Below, piece after piece: positions 21,201 through 32,742 of a DNA stretch of 64,000 bases (position 1 is its first letter; every line of letters starts with the position of its first letter). The DNA is from Microcoleus sp. Its GTDB lineage: Bacteria > Cyanobacteriota > Cyanobacteriia > Cyanobacteriales > Microcoleaceae. The position numbers and the translations under genes were made by a program. The notes beneath the pieces are model-generated. The model made no database searches. It saw only the letters and a program-made list of their open reading frames with translations, and was not told the origin of the DNA. The stretch covers positions 1,824,001 through 1,888,000 of the forward strand of contig CP181291.1 in NCBI GenBank assembly GCA_052279835.1, written 5' to 3'.

Positions 21201-23495
21201 ACCATCGGTCGTTACGGCCCTTACCAAAAAGAGTATATCCGCAAGGATGGATCTTTGTTGCCCGTGGAATTGCTCGGAGTATTGGTGACAGGTAAGGATG
21301 GGAGTCAATATATCTGGTCAGTAATTATTGATATCAGCGATCGCAAACAAGCCGAAATGCTAATTCAAAAAAGCCAAAAACGTTATGAAACCCTAGCAGA
21401 AGCATCACCAATTGGTGTCTTCTTAACTGATGCCAAAGGCGACTGTCTCTATGTGAATCAAACTTGGTCCCAAACTACGGGATTAACTCAGGAAAAAGCC
21501 CTCGGTCCAGATTGGGTTCGGACTCTCCATCCTCAAGACCGAGAGCGCGTTTTTAAAGAATGGTATGACAGCGCCTTAGTCAAACAAAAATTTCAATCAG
21601 AGTACCGCTTTCTGCGTCCGGATGGTAGTGTCGCTTGGGTGCTAGGTCAAGCTTTACCTCTGATTGATAGTAGGGGTGAAATCGAAGGATATGTGGGCAC
21701 TGTCACTGATATTAGCGATCGCAAACAAGCCGAAATCAAGTTAGCCACATCTGAAGCAGAGTTAACCGCATTATTTAATGCCATGCAGGATGTGATTATT
21801 GTCCTGAATTTAGAAGGACGCTATCTCAAAATAGCTGGTAGTTCATCAAGTCTGTTATACCGACCTTCCCAGGAACTGTTAGGCAAAACTCTTCACGAAG
21901 TCTTACCCCAAAACATCGCAGATACTTTCCTCAATGGTATTCACCAAGCCATCATTACTCAATCCGTCACCCAGTTGGAATATTCCTTACCCCTAGGCGA
22001 TCGTTTATTGTGGTTTGATGCCAGGATTTCTCCCATGTCTCAAGAGCGAGTAGTGTGGGTAGCCAGAGATATCACCGATCGCAAACGTCAAGAACAAGCT
22101 CTCCGCTTAATAGTCGAAGGTACGGCGGCGAAAACAGGGGAAGAATTCTTCAAAAGTTGCGTTCAATATCTCGCTCAAGCCTTAGAAGTCCGTTATGCTT
22201 GTATTTCCGAATTTGTTAACCCGGAAAAATCCATCGCCACAACTCTAGCATTTTGGGCAGGAGACGACTTTGGCCAGAATTTTACCTACAATCTATGTGG
22301 GACACCCTGTCACAATGTCCATCGCATCGCTGAGGTGTGTCGGTACCCAACTCTGGTGCAGTGCTTGTTCCCCGAAGATGATGATTTAGTCACTCTCCAA
22401 GCCGAAAGTTATGCTGGTTTGCCGATTGTAGATGCCGCTGGCAATCGTTTGGGGATATTGGCAGTTTTAGACACTAAACCGATGGTACAAGATCTCGAAA
22501 TGCAGTCAGCTATCTTAAAGATTTTTGCCACCCGTGCCGGTGCGGAAATGGAACGGATGCAGGCGGAAGCAGCCCTGCGTCGATCGTCCATGCAACTGCG
22601 GCAGCAATCAGAAGAATTAGCCGCCACCCTCAACAAGTTGCAACATACCCAAACTCAGTTAATTCAAGCCGAAAAAATGTCAAGTTTGGGGCAATTAGTC
22701 GCCGGAATTGCTCATGAAATTAACAATCCCGTCAGTTTTATTTATGGTAATATTCAACCTGCAACTGATTATGCCAGCGACTTAATTAAGGTGATTCACC
22801 TTTACCAAGAGCAGTATCCTAGTCCACCGGCGGCAATTTCTGATTTTCTAGAAAATATAGACTTTGACTATCTGGCTAGTGATTTTTCTAAGCTCCTGGC
22901 ATCCATGAAAACAGGTGCCACAAGAATTAAAGATATTGTCAAGTCTCTGCGGACTTTTTCGCGCTTGGACGAAGCAGATTTAAAAAAAATAGATCTCCAT
23001 GAAAACATGGATAGTACCTTAATGATTTTGCAAAATCGCTTGAACGGTAGGGCGGGAAAACCGGAAATTTCTATTACCAAGAATTATGGCGCATTACCTT
23101 TAATTGAATGTTATGGTGGTTTATTAAATCAGGTGTTTATGAATTTGTTGATGAATGCTATTGATGCCATCGAACAACGGCAAGAAAATCTCGAAGCTAG
23201 CGCCAAATTAGATTACCTTGGTTGCATTACCATTGCCACTTCTATGGCTTCGGAAAATTGGGTTAGCATCTCTGTTCAGGATAATGGCTGCGGCATGACT
23301 CCCGAAGTTCAAGAAAAAATATTTAATCCATTTTTCACGACGAAACCTATCGGAAAAGGTACGGGGATGGGGTTAGCAAATAGCTATCAAATTGTCACGG
23401 AAAATCATCGTGGTAATTTGCGGTGTATTTCTACACCAGGAGAGGGGACTGAGTTGGCGATCGAGTTACCGATTGGCCAGTTAAAACCCAGATAA
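18235..23495 (+). pseudogene. Multi-PAS/GAF histidine kinase split by a +2 frameshift (ORFs 18235..18978 and 18852..23495)
   Basis: CGTCCCCTGATGG at 18808-18820 versus CGCCCTGATGG in the intact paralogue (24301). Removing two C restores QFRMRPDGSFHFPYASEKLR and a ~1752-aa protein. A sequencing error is possible. Confidence 0.85.
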
Positions 23496-23751
23496 ATTTA
23501 GCTGTGCAAAAGCCGACATTTCCAGGTCGGCGAGATGTGTTAAAATTTTCAGGAACTCTACCAAGTTCCTGTTATTTAGTCACAAACGTAAATTTAACAT
23601 ACATTTAACTCGGTAAATCGAGGACTAAGCCTCGCCCAGTCAATTTCCTAGCAGACAACTATATTTTAGCTATATTAATGAGGTTTAAAGCTCCATCCAT
23701 AGCATCCCCTCCCATCGACGGCAGGGGAATATTTCAAAGTTGTTACAATTT

Positions 23752-26700
23752 ATGTCCCCATCCTTCAACGATGACATAGCCCCAAACGATCGCCCTTTGC
23801 TATCCGCCAGAGACAAACAATTGCGAGCTGTGTTTGAAACAGTCCTAGATGCGATCGCGATCGCCGACGACGAAGGTAGATATCTCGATGTCAACCCCGC
23901 CGCCTGTAAATTATTTGGTATAGACACAGATCAACTCCTCGGACGCTGCATAAGTGATTTTACTGAGCCGGGAGCTGATTTGACACAACTATGGCAACAA
24001 TGGCCACAACCAGAAACAGCACGAGGGGAATTGTGCCTAGTGCGCGCTGATGGACAAATCCGCACAGTAGAATATGCCCTCACGGCAAACTTTCTGCCCC
24101 AGAGACATCTGTTAGTAATGCGAGACATCACAGATTGCAAACGAGCAGAAGCACAAGTCCAAGAACTTACCAGCCAACTCGCCCAAGCCCAACTCCGCTT
24201 AGCTGGTATGGAACCAGTAAGTCCAGCTACCCCCGCAGACTATCATCACCTAGAGCAAATAGCCCGCCACATCCCCGGCGTTATTTATCAGTTTCGGCTG
24301 CGCCCTGATGGTACTTCCCATTTCCCCTACGCTAGCGAAAAGTTGCGAGACCTTCATGCAGTTTCCCCACAACAAGTGCGGGAGGATGCCTCTTTGGTGT
24401 TTAGCGCGATCCACCCGGATGACATCGATCGCGTCCATCAATCCATTCTCGATTCCGCCACCCATCTGACACCTTGGTATTGCGAATATCGAACTTGCTT
24501 ACCCGATGGGCGAGTGCTGTGGTTGCTCGGTAATTCTACACCTCAGCCAGAAGCAGATGGCAGTATCATTTGGTATGGCTATATTCGAGATATCACCGCT
24601 CTCAAAAGTGCCGAAGCTGATACTCAACGTCTCCTGGCTATTTTAGAAACCACCTCAGATTTGATCGCCACTGCTGATGTGACAGGTAAAGCCATTTACC
24701 TCAATCAAGCTTGGCGAAAATTTTTGAATCAGGATGATGAGAGTCTAGCCTCCGTGGAAATCTCTACATCTCATCCAGAGTGGGCTAAGGAGATTCTATT
24801 CCATCAAGTCTTACCCGAAGCAGCTCGTTGTGGCACTTGGCGGGGCGAGACGGCTTTACTAGATCCGACAGGAGGTGAAATCCCTGTATCTCTAGTCGTC
24901 CTAGCTCATAAATCTACAGAGGGAACAGTAGAACACTTTTCCGCAATTATGCGGGATATCACAGAAACTAAAGCCACAGAACTAGCACTCCGAACCAGTC
25001 AAGAAAAATTTCGCCGCATCATTGAAAATCTCAACGATCTGGTTTATGTCATCAATCCAGATAGCACTTTCAGCTATCTGAGTCCTAACTTTCAAGAAGT
25101 GATGGGATCTGACATCACAGAATTGTTAGCTCAGCCTTTTGGTCAGTGGATTTACCCAGCAGATTTACCAATTTTTGTTAATGCCGTGCATCGCTGTTTG
25201 CAAGGTGAGAAACTGCGTGGAATTGAATACCGAGTTTTGCATGGAGATAGCAATTATTATTGGTATTCTGCCAATTTATCAGCCATGAAAAATCACCAAG
25301 GAGAAGTAGTTTCTTGTTTGGGAATAGGGCGTTATATCCACGATCTAAAACAAGCAGAGAAGTCCAGACAGGAACTTACGCGACAACTGGAAGAAGCACA
25401 ACAAGTTGCCCAAATTGGAAATTGGTCCTTTGACATAACTACACAAAAAATAACTTGGTCTGACCAATTATTTAGGATTTTTGGTATGAATCCCGAACAG
25501 GGAGAACCAAATTTTGAAGACCATATCAAACAATATTATGGGGAAGATGGAGAATTATTTGTAAGTTATGTTAAGGCAGCCATCGAGCAGGGAATTCCCC
25601 AAAACTTTGACCTGCGGATATGTCGATTAGATGGTGCTATCCGCTATATTAATGGTCGCATTGAAATCGATCGCCAAAATGGAAACATTGTGCGTTTGTT
25701 TGGCACGGCGATGGATATTACCGATCGCAAACTTGCCGAAACTCAACTCAAGGAAATCTCTGAGCGTTTGTCATTTTCACTCCAGTCTGGGGGGATTGGC
25801 TGTTGGGAATGGAACATCATCGACAATACCCTCGTTTGGGACGATCGGATGTACGAGCTCTATGGTGTCACTAAGAACTCCGATTCCCGATTAGCTTACG
25901 AGATTTGGGCCACGGGGCTACATCCTGATGACCGAGAGGCGATCGAAACATTAATCAATCAAGCTGTTTTAGGACAAGCTGAATACAATACAGAATTTCG
26001 TGTGGTTCATCCCGATGGCAGTATCCATTTCATTAAAGCCTTTGGTTTAGTTCGGCACAACGACAAAGGCAATCCGCAGAAGATGATCGGGGTTAACTTT
26101 GATATTAGCGGAGCAAAAAAAGCCGAAATTCAACTCCAACAAAGCCAAAAACGCTATGAAACCCTAGCAGAAGCATCACCCATCGGCGTGTTTTTAACTG
26201 ATGCCAAAGGTGACTGCCTTTATGTGAATCAAACTTGGTCCCAAACTACGGGATTAACTCAGCAAGAAGCTCTAGGCCCAGATTGGGCTCGGACTCTCCA
26301 TCCTCAAGACCGAGAGCGCGTTTTTCAGGAATGGTATGACAGCGCCTTAATTAAACAACAATTTCAATCAGAGTACCGCTTTCTGCGGCCCGATGGTAGT
26401 GTCGCTTGGGTCATCGGTCAAGCTTTACCTGTGATTGACAACGCCGGTGAAATCGAAGGATATGTTGGTACTGTCACTGATATTAGCGATCGCAAACGTC
26501 AAGAACAAGCTCTCCGTTTAATAGTCGAAGGTACGGCGGCGAAAACAGGCCAAGAATTCTTCAAAACTTGCGTTCAATATCTCGCGCAAGTCTTAGAAGT
26601 CCGTTATGCTTTAATTGCTGAATTTATTGATTCCGAAAAATCCATCGCCACAACTCTCGCATTTTGGGCTGGAGACGACTTTGGCGAGAATTTTACTTAC

Positions 26701-27903
26701 AATCTCAACGGAACACCCTGTAAAACTATTAACAGTATGGATGAGGTGTGTCGCTACCCAAATGCCGTGCAATGCTTGTTCCCACAAGATGAGGATTTAG
26801 TCGCTCTCCAAGCCGAAAGTTATGCTGGTTTGCCCATTAAAGATTCCGCTGGCAATTCTTTGGGAGTGCTGGCGGTTTTTGACACCAAGCCGATGCTAAA
26901 AAATCTGGAAATGCAGTCTGCTATCTTGAAAATATTTGCCACTCGTGCGGGCGCAGAAATGGATCGGATACAGGCGGAAGCAGTCCGTCAATCAGAAATT
27001 CAACTGCGGGTGCAATCTGAAGAATTAGAAAAAACCCTCAAAAAGTTGCAAAATACCCAAACCCAGTTAATTCAAGCCGAAAAAATGTCTAGTTTGGGTC
27101 AATTAGTAGCTGGTATTGCTCATGAAATTAATAACCCCGTGAACTTTATCTATGGCAATATTCAACCCGCCACCGATTATGCTAGCGACTTAATTGAGCT
27201 AGTTCGCCTTTACCAAGAGCATTATCCCAGTCCGCCCCAGGTCATTTCTGATTGGATCGTAGAGATCGACCTTGAGTATCTGATCAGCGATTTTTCTAAG
27301 CTGCTGGAATCCATGAAAACAGGAGCCGCGCGCATCAGCGATATTGTGAAGTCTCTGCGGACTTTTTCGCGTTTGGATCAAGCAGATATAAAACCGATCG
27401 ATCTTCGCGAAAATATCGAAAGTACCTTAGTGATTTTACAAAATCGCTTGAATGGTAGGCAGGGAAAACCCAAAATTTGTATCACCAATAATTATGGGAA
27501 ATTACCCAAGATTGAATGTTATGGTGGTTTATTAAATCAGGTATTTATGAATTTGTTGGTCAATGCTATTGATGCGATCGAAGAACGGCAAGATAGCCTG
27601 GAACCTATGGCACAGTTAGATTATGTGGGTCAAATTGCGATCGCGACTTCGATCTCTTCTGAAAATATGGCACTCATCTCTATTCAAGATAATGGTTGTG
27701 GGATGACTCCCCAAGTTCAAGAAAAAATATTTAATCCATTTTTTACGACGAAACCTGTCGGAAAAGGTACGGGGATGGGCTTAGCAACTAGCTATCAAAT
27801 TGTGACGGAAAATCATCGGGGTAATTTGCGGTGTATTTCTCTACCAGGAGAGGGGACTGAGTTTGTGATATCCTTACCAATTGGCAAGTTAAAAATGCGG
27901 TAA
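23752..27903 (+). CDS. Multi-PAS/PAC - GAF - histidine kinase (paralogue of 18235..23495)
   Basis: Repeated PAS-PAC units ending in DITD/DISDRK, a GAF domain, H-box AHEINNP and HATPase. ATG at 23752 aligns with the paralogue start. Confidence 0.92.
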   Translation: MSPSFNDDIAPNDRPLLSARDKQLRAVFETVLDAIAIADDEGRYLDVNPAACKLFGIDTDQLLGRCISDFTEPGADLTQLWQQWPQPETARGELCLVRADGQIRTVEYALTANFLPQRHLLVMRDITDCKRAEAQVQELTSQLAQAQLRLAGMEPVSPATPADYHHLEQIARHIPGVIYQFRLRPDGTSHFPYASEKLRDLHAVSPQQVREDASLVFSAIHPDDIDRVHQSILDSATHLTPWYCEYRTCLPDGRVLWLLGNSTPQPEADGSIIWYGYIRDITALKSAEADTQRLLAILETTSDLIATADVTGKAIYLNQAWRKFLNQDDESLASVEISTSHPEWAKEILFHQVLPEAARCGTWRGETALLDPTGGEIPVSLVVLAHKSTEGTVEHFSAIMRDITETKATELALRTSQEKFRRIIENLNDLVYVINPDSTFSYLSPNFQEVMGSDITELLAQPFGQWIYPADLPIFVNAVHRCLQGEKLRGIEYRVLHGDSNYYWYSANLSAMKNHQGEVVSCLGIGRYIHDLKQAEKSRQELTRQLEEAQQVAQIGNWSFDITTQKITWSDQLFRIFGMNPEQGEPNFEDHIKQYYGEDGELFVSYVKAAIEQGIPQNFDLRICRLDGAIRYINGRIEIDRQNGNIVRLFGTAMDITDRKLAETQLKEISERLSFSLQSGGIGCWEWNIIDNTLVWDDRMYELYGVTKNSDSRLAYEIWATGLHPDDREAIETLINQAVLGQAEYNTEFRVVHPDGSIHFIKAFGLVRHNDKGNPQKMIGVNFDISGAKKAEIQLQQSQKRYETLAEASPIGVFLTDAKGDCLYVNQTWSQTTGLTQQEALGPDWARTLHPQDRERVFQEWYDSALIKQQFQSEYRFLRPDGSVAWVIGQALPVIDNAGEIEGYVGTVTDISDRKRQEQALRLIVEGTAAKTGQEFFKTCVQYLAQVLEVRYALIAEFIDSEKSIATTLAFWAGDDFGENFTYNLNGTPCKTINSMDEVCRYPNAVQCLFPQDEDLVALQAESYAGLPIKDSAGNSLGVLAVFDTKPMLKNLEMQSAILKIFATRAGAEMDRIQAEAVRQSEIQLRVQSEELEKTLKKLQNTQTQLIQAEKMSSLGQLVAGIAHEINNPVNFIYGNIQPATDYASDLIELVRLYQEHYPSPPQVISDWIVEIDLEYLISDFSKLLESMKTGAARISDIVKSLRTFSRLDQADIKPIDLRENIESTLVILQNRLNGRQGKPKICITNNYGKLPKIECYGGLLNQVFMNLLVNAIDAIEERQDSLEPMAQLDYVGQIAIATSISSENMALISIQDNGCGMTPQVQEKIFNPFFTTKPVGKGTGMGLATSYQIVTENHRGNLRCISLPGEGTEFVISLPIGKLKMR

Positions 27904-27988
27904 ATCTGGGTCTCCCAAAACGGGGTTGTTGATACAAAATCTTCCAATTTTTTACAAACTAAAACCTAGAATAATACGGAGGCGATTT

Positions 27989-30796
27989 ATGTTGACTAAA
28001 ACTATATCCTCTAGCTTCGGCGAACTCTCTGGCAAGTTACCATTACGCACTGTTCTAATTGTTCCTTTTGTCTTCCAAACATTTTTGGCCGTGGGAATTG
28101 TCGGATATCTTTCCTTTAAGAATGGACAACAAGCTGTGAACAATGTGGCAAATCAACTCAGAGGAGAAATTACCAACCGCATTGATTTAAACCTGAAATC
28201 TTATCTCACAATTCCCCATCAAGTAAATCAAAGTAATGCAGTTGCTTTAGATTTAGGACAACTAAAGTTACAAGATTTAGTCGGTTTAGAACGTCATTTT
28301 TGGCGGCAAATTCAAATTTTTGACAGTTTAACCTTTGCTGGGATTGGATTGGAAAATCAGGAAAATTTAGGGGCAGAACGAGCCGATGATGGTTCCCTAA
28401 CTGTCAGAGTTTCGACTATTGATAGTAACTTTGATTTTCGTACCTACGCTATGAATCAAAAAGGCGATCGGACCAAACAACTGAGTAACAAACCTAACTT
28501 CGATCCTCGCACTCGTCCTTGGTACAAAGCAGCAGTTGCGGCCGGAAAACCAACCTGGAGTCAAATCTATCCCCATACCAAAGGTATCACCTCTTATTTA
28601 GGGGCAGCCATGCCTTATAAAAATGAATCGGGTCAACTGCAAGGAGTCCTACTAACAAATATTAATCTATCCCAAATTGGCAAATTTTTACAAAGCTTGA
28701 AAATTGGTAAAACCGGACAAAGCTTTATTATCGAACATGATGGGATGCTGGTTGCTACTTCCACCGGAGAAAAACCAATTCGCACGGTGGCTAATAAAGA
28801 TTTTGGAGCTGAACGAATCAAAGCAATTGACAGTAGCAATCCCCTCACCAAAGCCACTGCCCTATTTTTGGTCCAGAATGCGATCGCCGAAAAACACACC
28901 GCGCACCAACTAGAATTCAACCTCCAAAACCAGCGACATTTTCTACAAGTCTTACCTTTCAGGGATGATAAAGGCTTAGATTGGTCCATAGTCGTGGTAA
29001 TTCCAGAATCCGATTTTATGGCAGAAATTGATGCCAACAACCGCACTACAATTTTGCTATGTATAGCAGCTTTAATTCTCTCTATACTAATTGGTATTCT
29101 GACCGCCCAGTGGGTAACAAAACCCATTTTGCAGTTGAACGAAACCGCCAAGGATATTGCCAAAGGCAACTGGAATCAATCGGGAGTAATTAACCGCAGA
29201 GACGAAGTTGGACAACTTGCTAAATCCTTTAATAGCATGGCACATCAGTTGCAAGAATCCTTTGAAACTTTAGAGCAAAAAGTCGAAGAGCGAACATCAG
29301 AATTAGCCACCTCGAACCAACAACTAGAACTTGCGAAAGAAAAAGCAGAAGTAGCCAATCAAGCAAAAAGCACATTTCTAGCTAATATGAGCCACGAATT
29401 GCGCTCTCCCCTCAACGCAATTTTAGGCTTTGCTCAAATCATGCTCAGAAGTCGATCGCTCCCATCCGAACATTTCGAGAGTGTGGGGATTATTACTCGC
29501 AGTGGCGAACATTTACTAACATTAATTAACCAAGTATTAGACCTTTCTAAAATAGAAGCTGGTCGCACAACAATCAATGAAAAACAATTCGATATGTATC
29601 GATTAATCGACGATGTAGAAGATATGTTTCGCCTGAAAGCTGATGAGGCTGGATTGCAGTTGCTATTCGAGCGCGGCTCTGATGTTCCCCGTTACGTTCG
29701 CACCGACCAAGTTAAAGTCCGTCAAATTTTGATTAATTTGCTCAATAATGCGATTAAATTTACAAAAGAAGGTGGAGTTTGTGTGAGAATTTGTATGAAT
29801 AGCGGATTGCTAAGTTCAGGTCAACCAAATAAAAATAGTCAAGAAAGAGTGGCAAATAACCAACAAATCTATTTTGAAGTAGAAGACACAGGTATGGGAA
29901 TTGCACCGGAAGAATTAGATAAACTTTTTGAAGCATTTATGCAAACTGCATCGGGAAGAAATGCTCAAGAAGGGACTGGGTTGGGTTTAGCAATTAGCCG
30001 TCAGTTTGTGCAACTTATGGGTGGTGATATCACTGTCAGCAGCAAAGTAGGAGTTGGCACAATTTTCAAGTTCGATATTACAACTCAGGTTGTTGATACC
30101 GCTGACGATGAAGCAGAACAAAACAAACGTCGCGTCATTGCACTCGAACCAAACCAACCTCGATACCGCATTCTCATCGTCGATGATAAACCTCTTAACC
30201 GTCAGTTATTAGTTCAATTACTCAATCCATTAGGGTTTGAATTGAAAGAAGCCACTAATGGTCAAGAAGCCGTGGATATTTGGCATGAGTGGGACCCACA
30301 TCTCATCTGGATGGATATGCGAATGCCCGTGATGGATGGTTACGCGGCTACACAAAAAATTAAATCCACGACGAAGGGACAGGCTACTGCTATTATTGCT
30401 CTAACAGCTAGCGTTCTGGAAGAAGAAAGAGCTGTCGTTGTATCGGCTGGCTGCGATGATTTTATGCGGAAGCCTTTTCGAGAGCAAGAAATTTTTGCAG
30501 TAATGAACAAACATATCGGCGTGCGTTATATTTATGAAGAGTCCATCGATAAAGCAGCTCAAACTCTATCGAAAAGTGACATCAAAGACGTGCTTGAACC
30601 GCAATCTCTAGCTACCTTGCCACCCGATTTACGGGCCAACTTAGCTAGTGCGGCAAAAAGTTTGGATATTGGTGAAGTAGACCATCTCATTCAGGAAGTC
30701 AAAGCTATAGATGCGTCGATCGCAAATGCGTTTTTAGCATTAGCTAATGAATTTGAATATGGTAAAATAGCATCCTATATCGAAGCAGTCAACTAA
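27989..30796 (+). CDS. Cache-domain membrane hybrid histidine kinase (TM-dCache-TM-HAMP-HisKA-HATPase-REC)
   Basis: Cache motif [41 protein letters not shown] and REC WMDMRMP. GGAGG SD precedes the ATG at 27989. Confidence 0.92.
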   Translation: MLTKTISSSFGELSGKLPLRTVLIVPFVFQTFLAVGIVGYLSFKNGQQAVNNVANQLRGEITNRIDLNLKSYLTIPHQVNQSNAVALDLGQLKLQDLVGLERHFWRQIQIFDSLTFAGIGLENQENLGAERADDGSLTVRVSTIDSNFDFRTYAMNQKGDRTKQLSNKPNFDPRTRPWYKAAVAAGKPTWSQIYPHTKGITSYLGAAMPYKNESGQLQGVLLTNINLSQIGKFLQSLKIGKTGQSFIIEHDGMLVATSTGEKPIRTVANKDFGAERIKAIDSSNPLTKATALFLVQNAIAEKHTAHQLEFNLQNQRHFLQVLPFRDDKGLDWSIVVVIPESDFMAEIDANNRTTILLCIAALILSILIGILTAQWVTKPILQLNETAKDIAKGNWNQSGVINRRDEVGQLAKSFNSMAHQLQESFETLEQKVEERTSELATSNQQLELAKEKAEVANQAKSTFLANMSHELRSPLNAILGFAQIMLRSRSLPSEHFESVGIITRSGEHLLTLINQVLDLSKIEAGRTTINEKQFDMYRLIDDVEDMFRLKADEAGLQLLFERGSDVPRYVRTDQVKVRQILINLLNNAIKFTKEGGVCVRICMNSGLLSSGQPNKNSQERVANNQQIYFEVEDTGMGIAPEELDKLFEAFMQTASGRNAQEGTGLGLAISRQFVQLMGGDITVSSKVGVGTIFKFDITTQVVDTADDEAEQNKRRVIALEPNQPRYRILIVDDKPLNRQLLVQLLNPLGFELKEATNGQEAVDIWHEWDPHLIWMDMRMPVMDGYAATQKIKSTTKGQATAIIALTASVLEEERAVVVSAGCDDFMRKPFREQEIFAVMNKHIGVRYIYEESIDKAAQTLSKSDIKDVLEPQSLATLPPDLRANLASAAKSLDIGEVDHLIQEVKAIDASIANAFLALANEFEYGKIASYIEAVN

Positions 30797-30827
30797 TTTA
30801 ATCGTCAAATTGGATTGTATAAACAAT

Positions 30828-32297
30828 ATGAATGACATGGTTTTGAATGCGGACGAGCCTGCTAATATTTTAGTGGTAGATGATACTCTAGCAAATTTAC
30901 AATTACTCGTGGGTATTTTAACAAAACATGGCTATAAGGTGAGACCGGCAAAAGATGGAGTTCAAGCTCTATCTGCAACTCAAATTATTCCTGTAGATTT
31001 GATTTTGCTAGACATTAATATGCCAGAAATGGATGGCTATGAAGTCTGTACCAAGCTCAAATCCGATCCCAAAACGCGACATATTCCAGTCATTTTTATC
31101 AGTGCGCTTAATGATGTGCTTGATAAAGTTAAAGCCTTTGGTGTCGGGGGTGTAGACTATGTAACCAAACCCTTTCAGGTAGAAGAGGTTTTAGCTCGCG
31201 TCGAAACCCATTTAGCATTGCAACGACTCCAAAATAACTTGCAATCAAAAAACACAGAACTGGCTCAAACCAATCAGGAGTTAGCCAATACCTTAAATCG
31301 ACTACAAGCAACCCAAGAAGAACTCATTCAATCCGAGAAAATGGCAGCACTCGGACAATTAATAGCAGGGATTGCTCACGAAGTCAATACCCCTTTAGGT
31401 GCTATTAGATCTTCCGTCAGTAATATCTCTAAATATTTGGAAGAAATATTTGAAGATTTGCCCCGCTTTGTAGATACACTTTCTGCTAAAGAAATTCAAT
31501 TGATTCTTAAGATAGCATTATGTTCTATTAACAATAAGCAGCTATTTTCTGCCAAAGATAGTCGCAAAATCAAGCGAGCTTTAACTCGCGAACTAGAAGA
31601 AATGGGAGTCCCTGATGCAGATACCATAGCTGATACACTATCTGATATGAAAATCTATGAAGACATCGAGTCATTTTTACCGATACTGACTCATCCAGAT
31701 AGCATTAGAATGCTGGAATTTGCGTATAATCTTTCAGGATTGCAGCGAGGTACAAATACGATCGAAACCGCAGTAGAACGTGCTACTAAGGTTGTATTTG
31801 CCTTGAAAAGCTATGCTCATTCCGATCAAAAAAATGAGCTATTTAAAACTAATTTGATAGTAGGAATTGAGACTATTTTGACCCTGTATCAAAATTCTAT
31901 AAAACAGGGAGTTGAAGTGGTGCAAAACTACGCAGACATTCCACTGATTTACTGCTATCCCGATGAACTAAATCAAGTATGGACAAATCTGATTCATAAT
32001 TCTATTCAAGCAATGGATAACAAAGGAATGCTAACCATTGATGTTACGCAAGAAAGAGGATTTGCCAAAATCAGTATTACCGATAGTGGAAAAGGAATTC
32101 CCGAAGAAATTAAAGACCGAATTTTTGAACCTTTCTTTACCACTAAACCTCCGGGCGAAGGAAGTGGATTAGGATTAGATATTGTCCGCAAAATTGTGAA
32201 AAAACATGAAGGTGAAATAGAAGTAAATTCTGTACCGGGAAAAACAACATTTACGGTTTATTTAAGTATGAATCTCCAACCAGATAGTTGCTCCTAG
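30828..32297 (+). CDS. Response regulator receiver - histidine kinase
   Basis: ILVVDD...LLDINMP, H-box AHEVNTP and [14 protein letters not shown]. The exact start is uncertain (30810/30828/30837). Confidence 0.9.
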   Translation: MNDMVLNADEPANILVVDDTLANLQLLVGILTKHGYKVRPAKDGVQALSATQIIPVDLILLDINMPEMDGYEVCTKLKSDPKTRHIPVIFISALNDVLDKVKAFGVGGVDYVTKPFQVEEVLARVETHLALQRLQNNLQSKNTELAQTNQELANTLNRLQATQEELIQSEKMAALGQLIAGIAHEVNTPLGAIRSSVSNISKYLEEIFEDLPRFVDTLSAKEIQLILKIALCSINNKQLFSAKDSRKIKRALTRELEEMGVPDADTIADTLSDMKIYEDIESFLPILTHPDSIRMLEFAYNLSGLQRGTNTIETAVERATKVVFALKSYAHSDQKNELFKTNLIVGIETILTLYQNSIKQGVEVVQNYADIPLIYCYPDELNQVWTNLIHNSIQAMDNKGMLTIDVTQERGFAKISITDSGKGIPEEIKDRIFEPFFTTKPPGEGSGLGLDIVRKIVKKHEGEIEVNSVPGKTTFTVYLSMNLQPDSCS

Positions 32298-32346
32298 GGG
32301 CAATCACCCATTCCCAATTACCAATTACCCTTACCAATTAATTACC

Positions 32347-32742
32347 ATGTCTAAACCTGTGATTTTGTGTGTTGATGATGAAGCCGTGATTTTAGAAAGC
32401 TTGAAGGCTCAATTGAGAAAAGCATTAGGCAGTTCCTATGTTTATGAAGTAGCCCAAGATGCTGAAGAAGCATTAGATATTATTGATGAATTAAATGAAG
32501 ATGATGTGAGCATTTTATTGATTGTCTCCGATTGGCTGATGCCAGGAATGAAAGGCGACGAATTTATGGTTCGCGTGCATCAAAAATTTCCTAATATTGT
32601 CAAAATTTTATTGACAGGGCAGGCAGACCAAGAAGCGATCGATCGAGCTTATGCAGCAGCTAATTTACATAAATGTTTGTTTAAACCCTGGTCGGAAAAA
32701 GAGTTGATCGAGACGGTCAAGTCTGGATTAGAAAAATTATGA
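32347..32742 (+). CDS. Single-domain response regulator (REC only)
   Basis: ILCVDDE...VSDWLMP...LLTG...KPW in a 131-aa protein. Confidence 0.92.
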   Translation: MSKPVILCVDDEAVILESLKAQLRKALGSSYVYEVAQDAEEALDIIDELNEDDVSILLIVSDWLMPGMKGDEFMVRVHQKFPNIVKILLTGQADQEAIDRAYAAANLHKCLFKPWSEKELIETVKSGLEKL

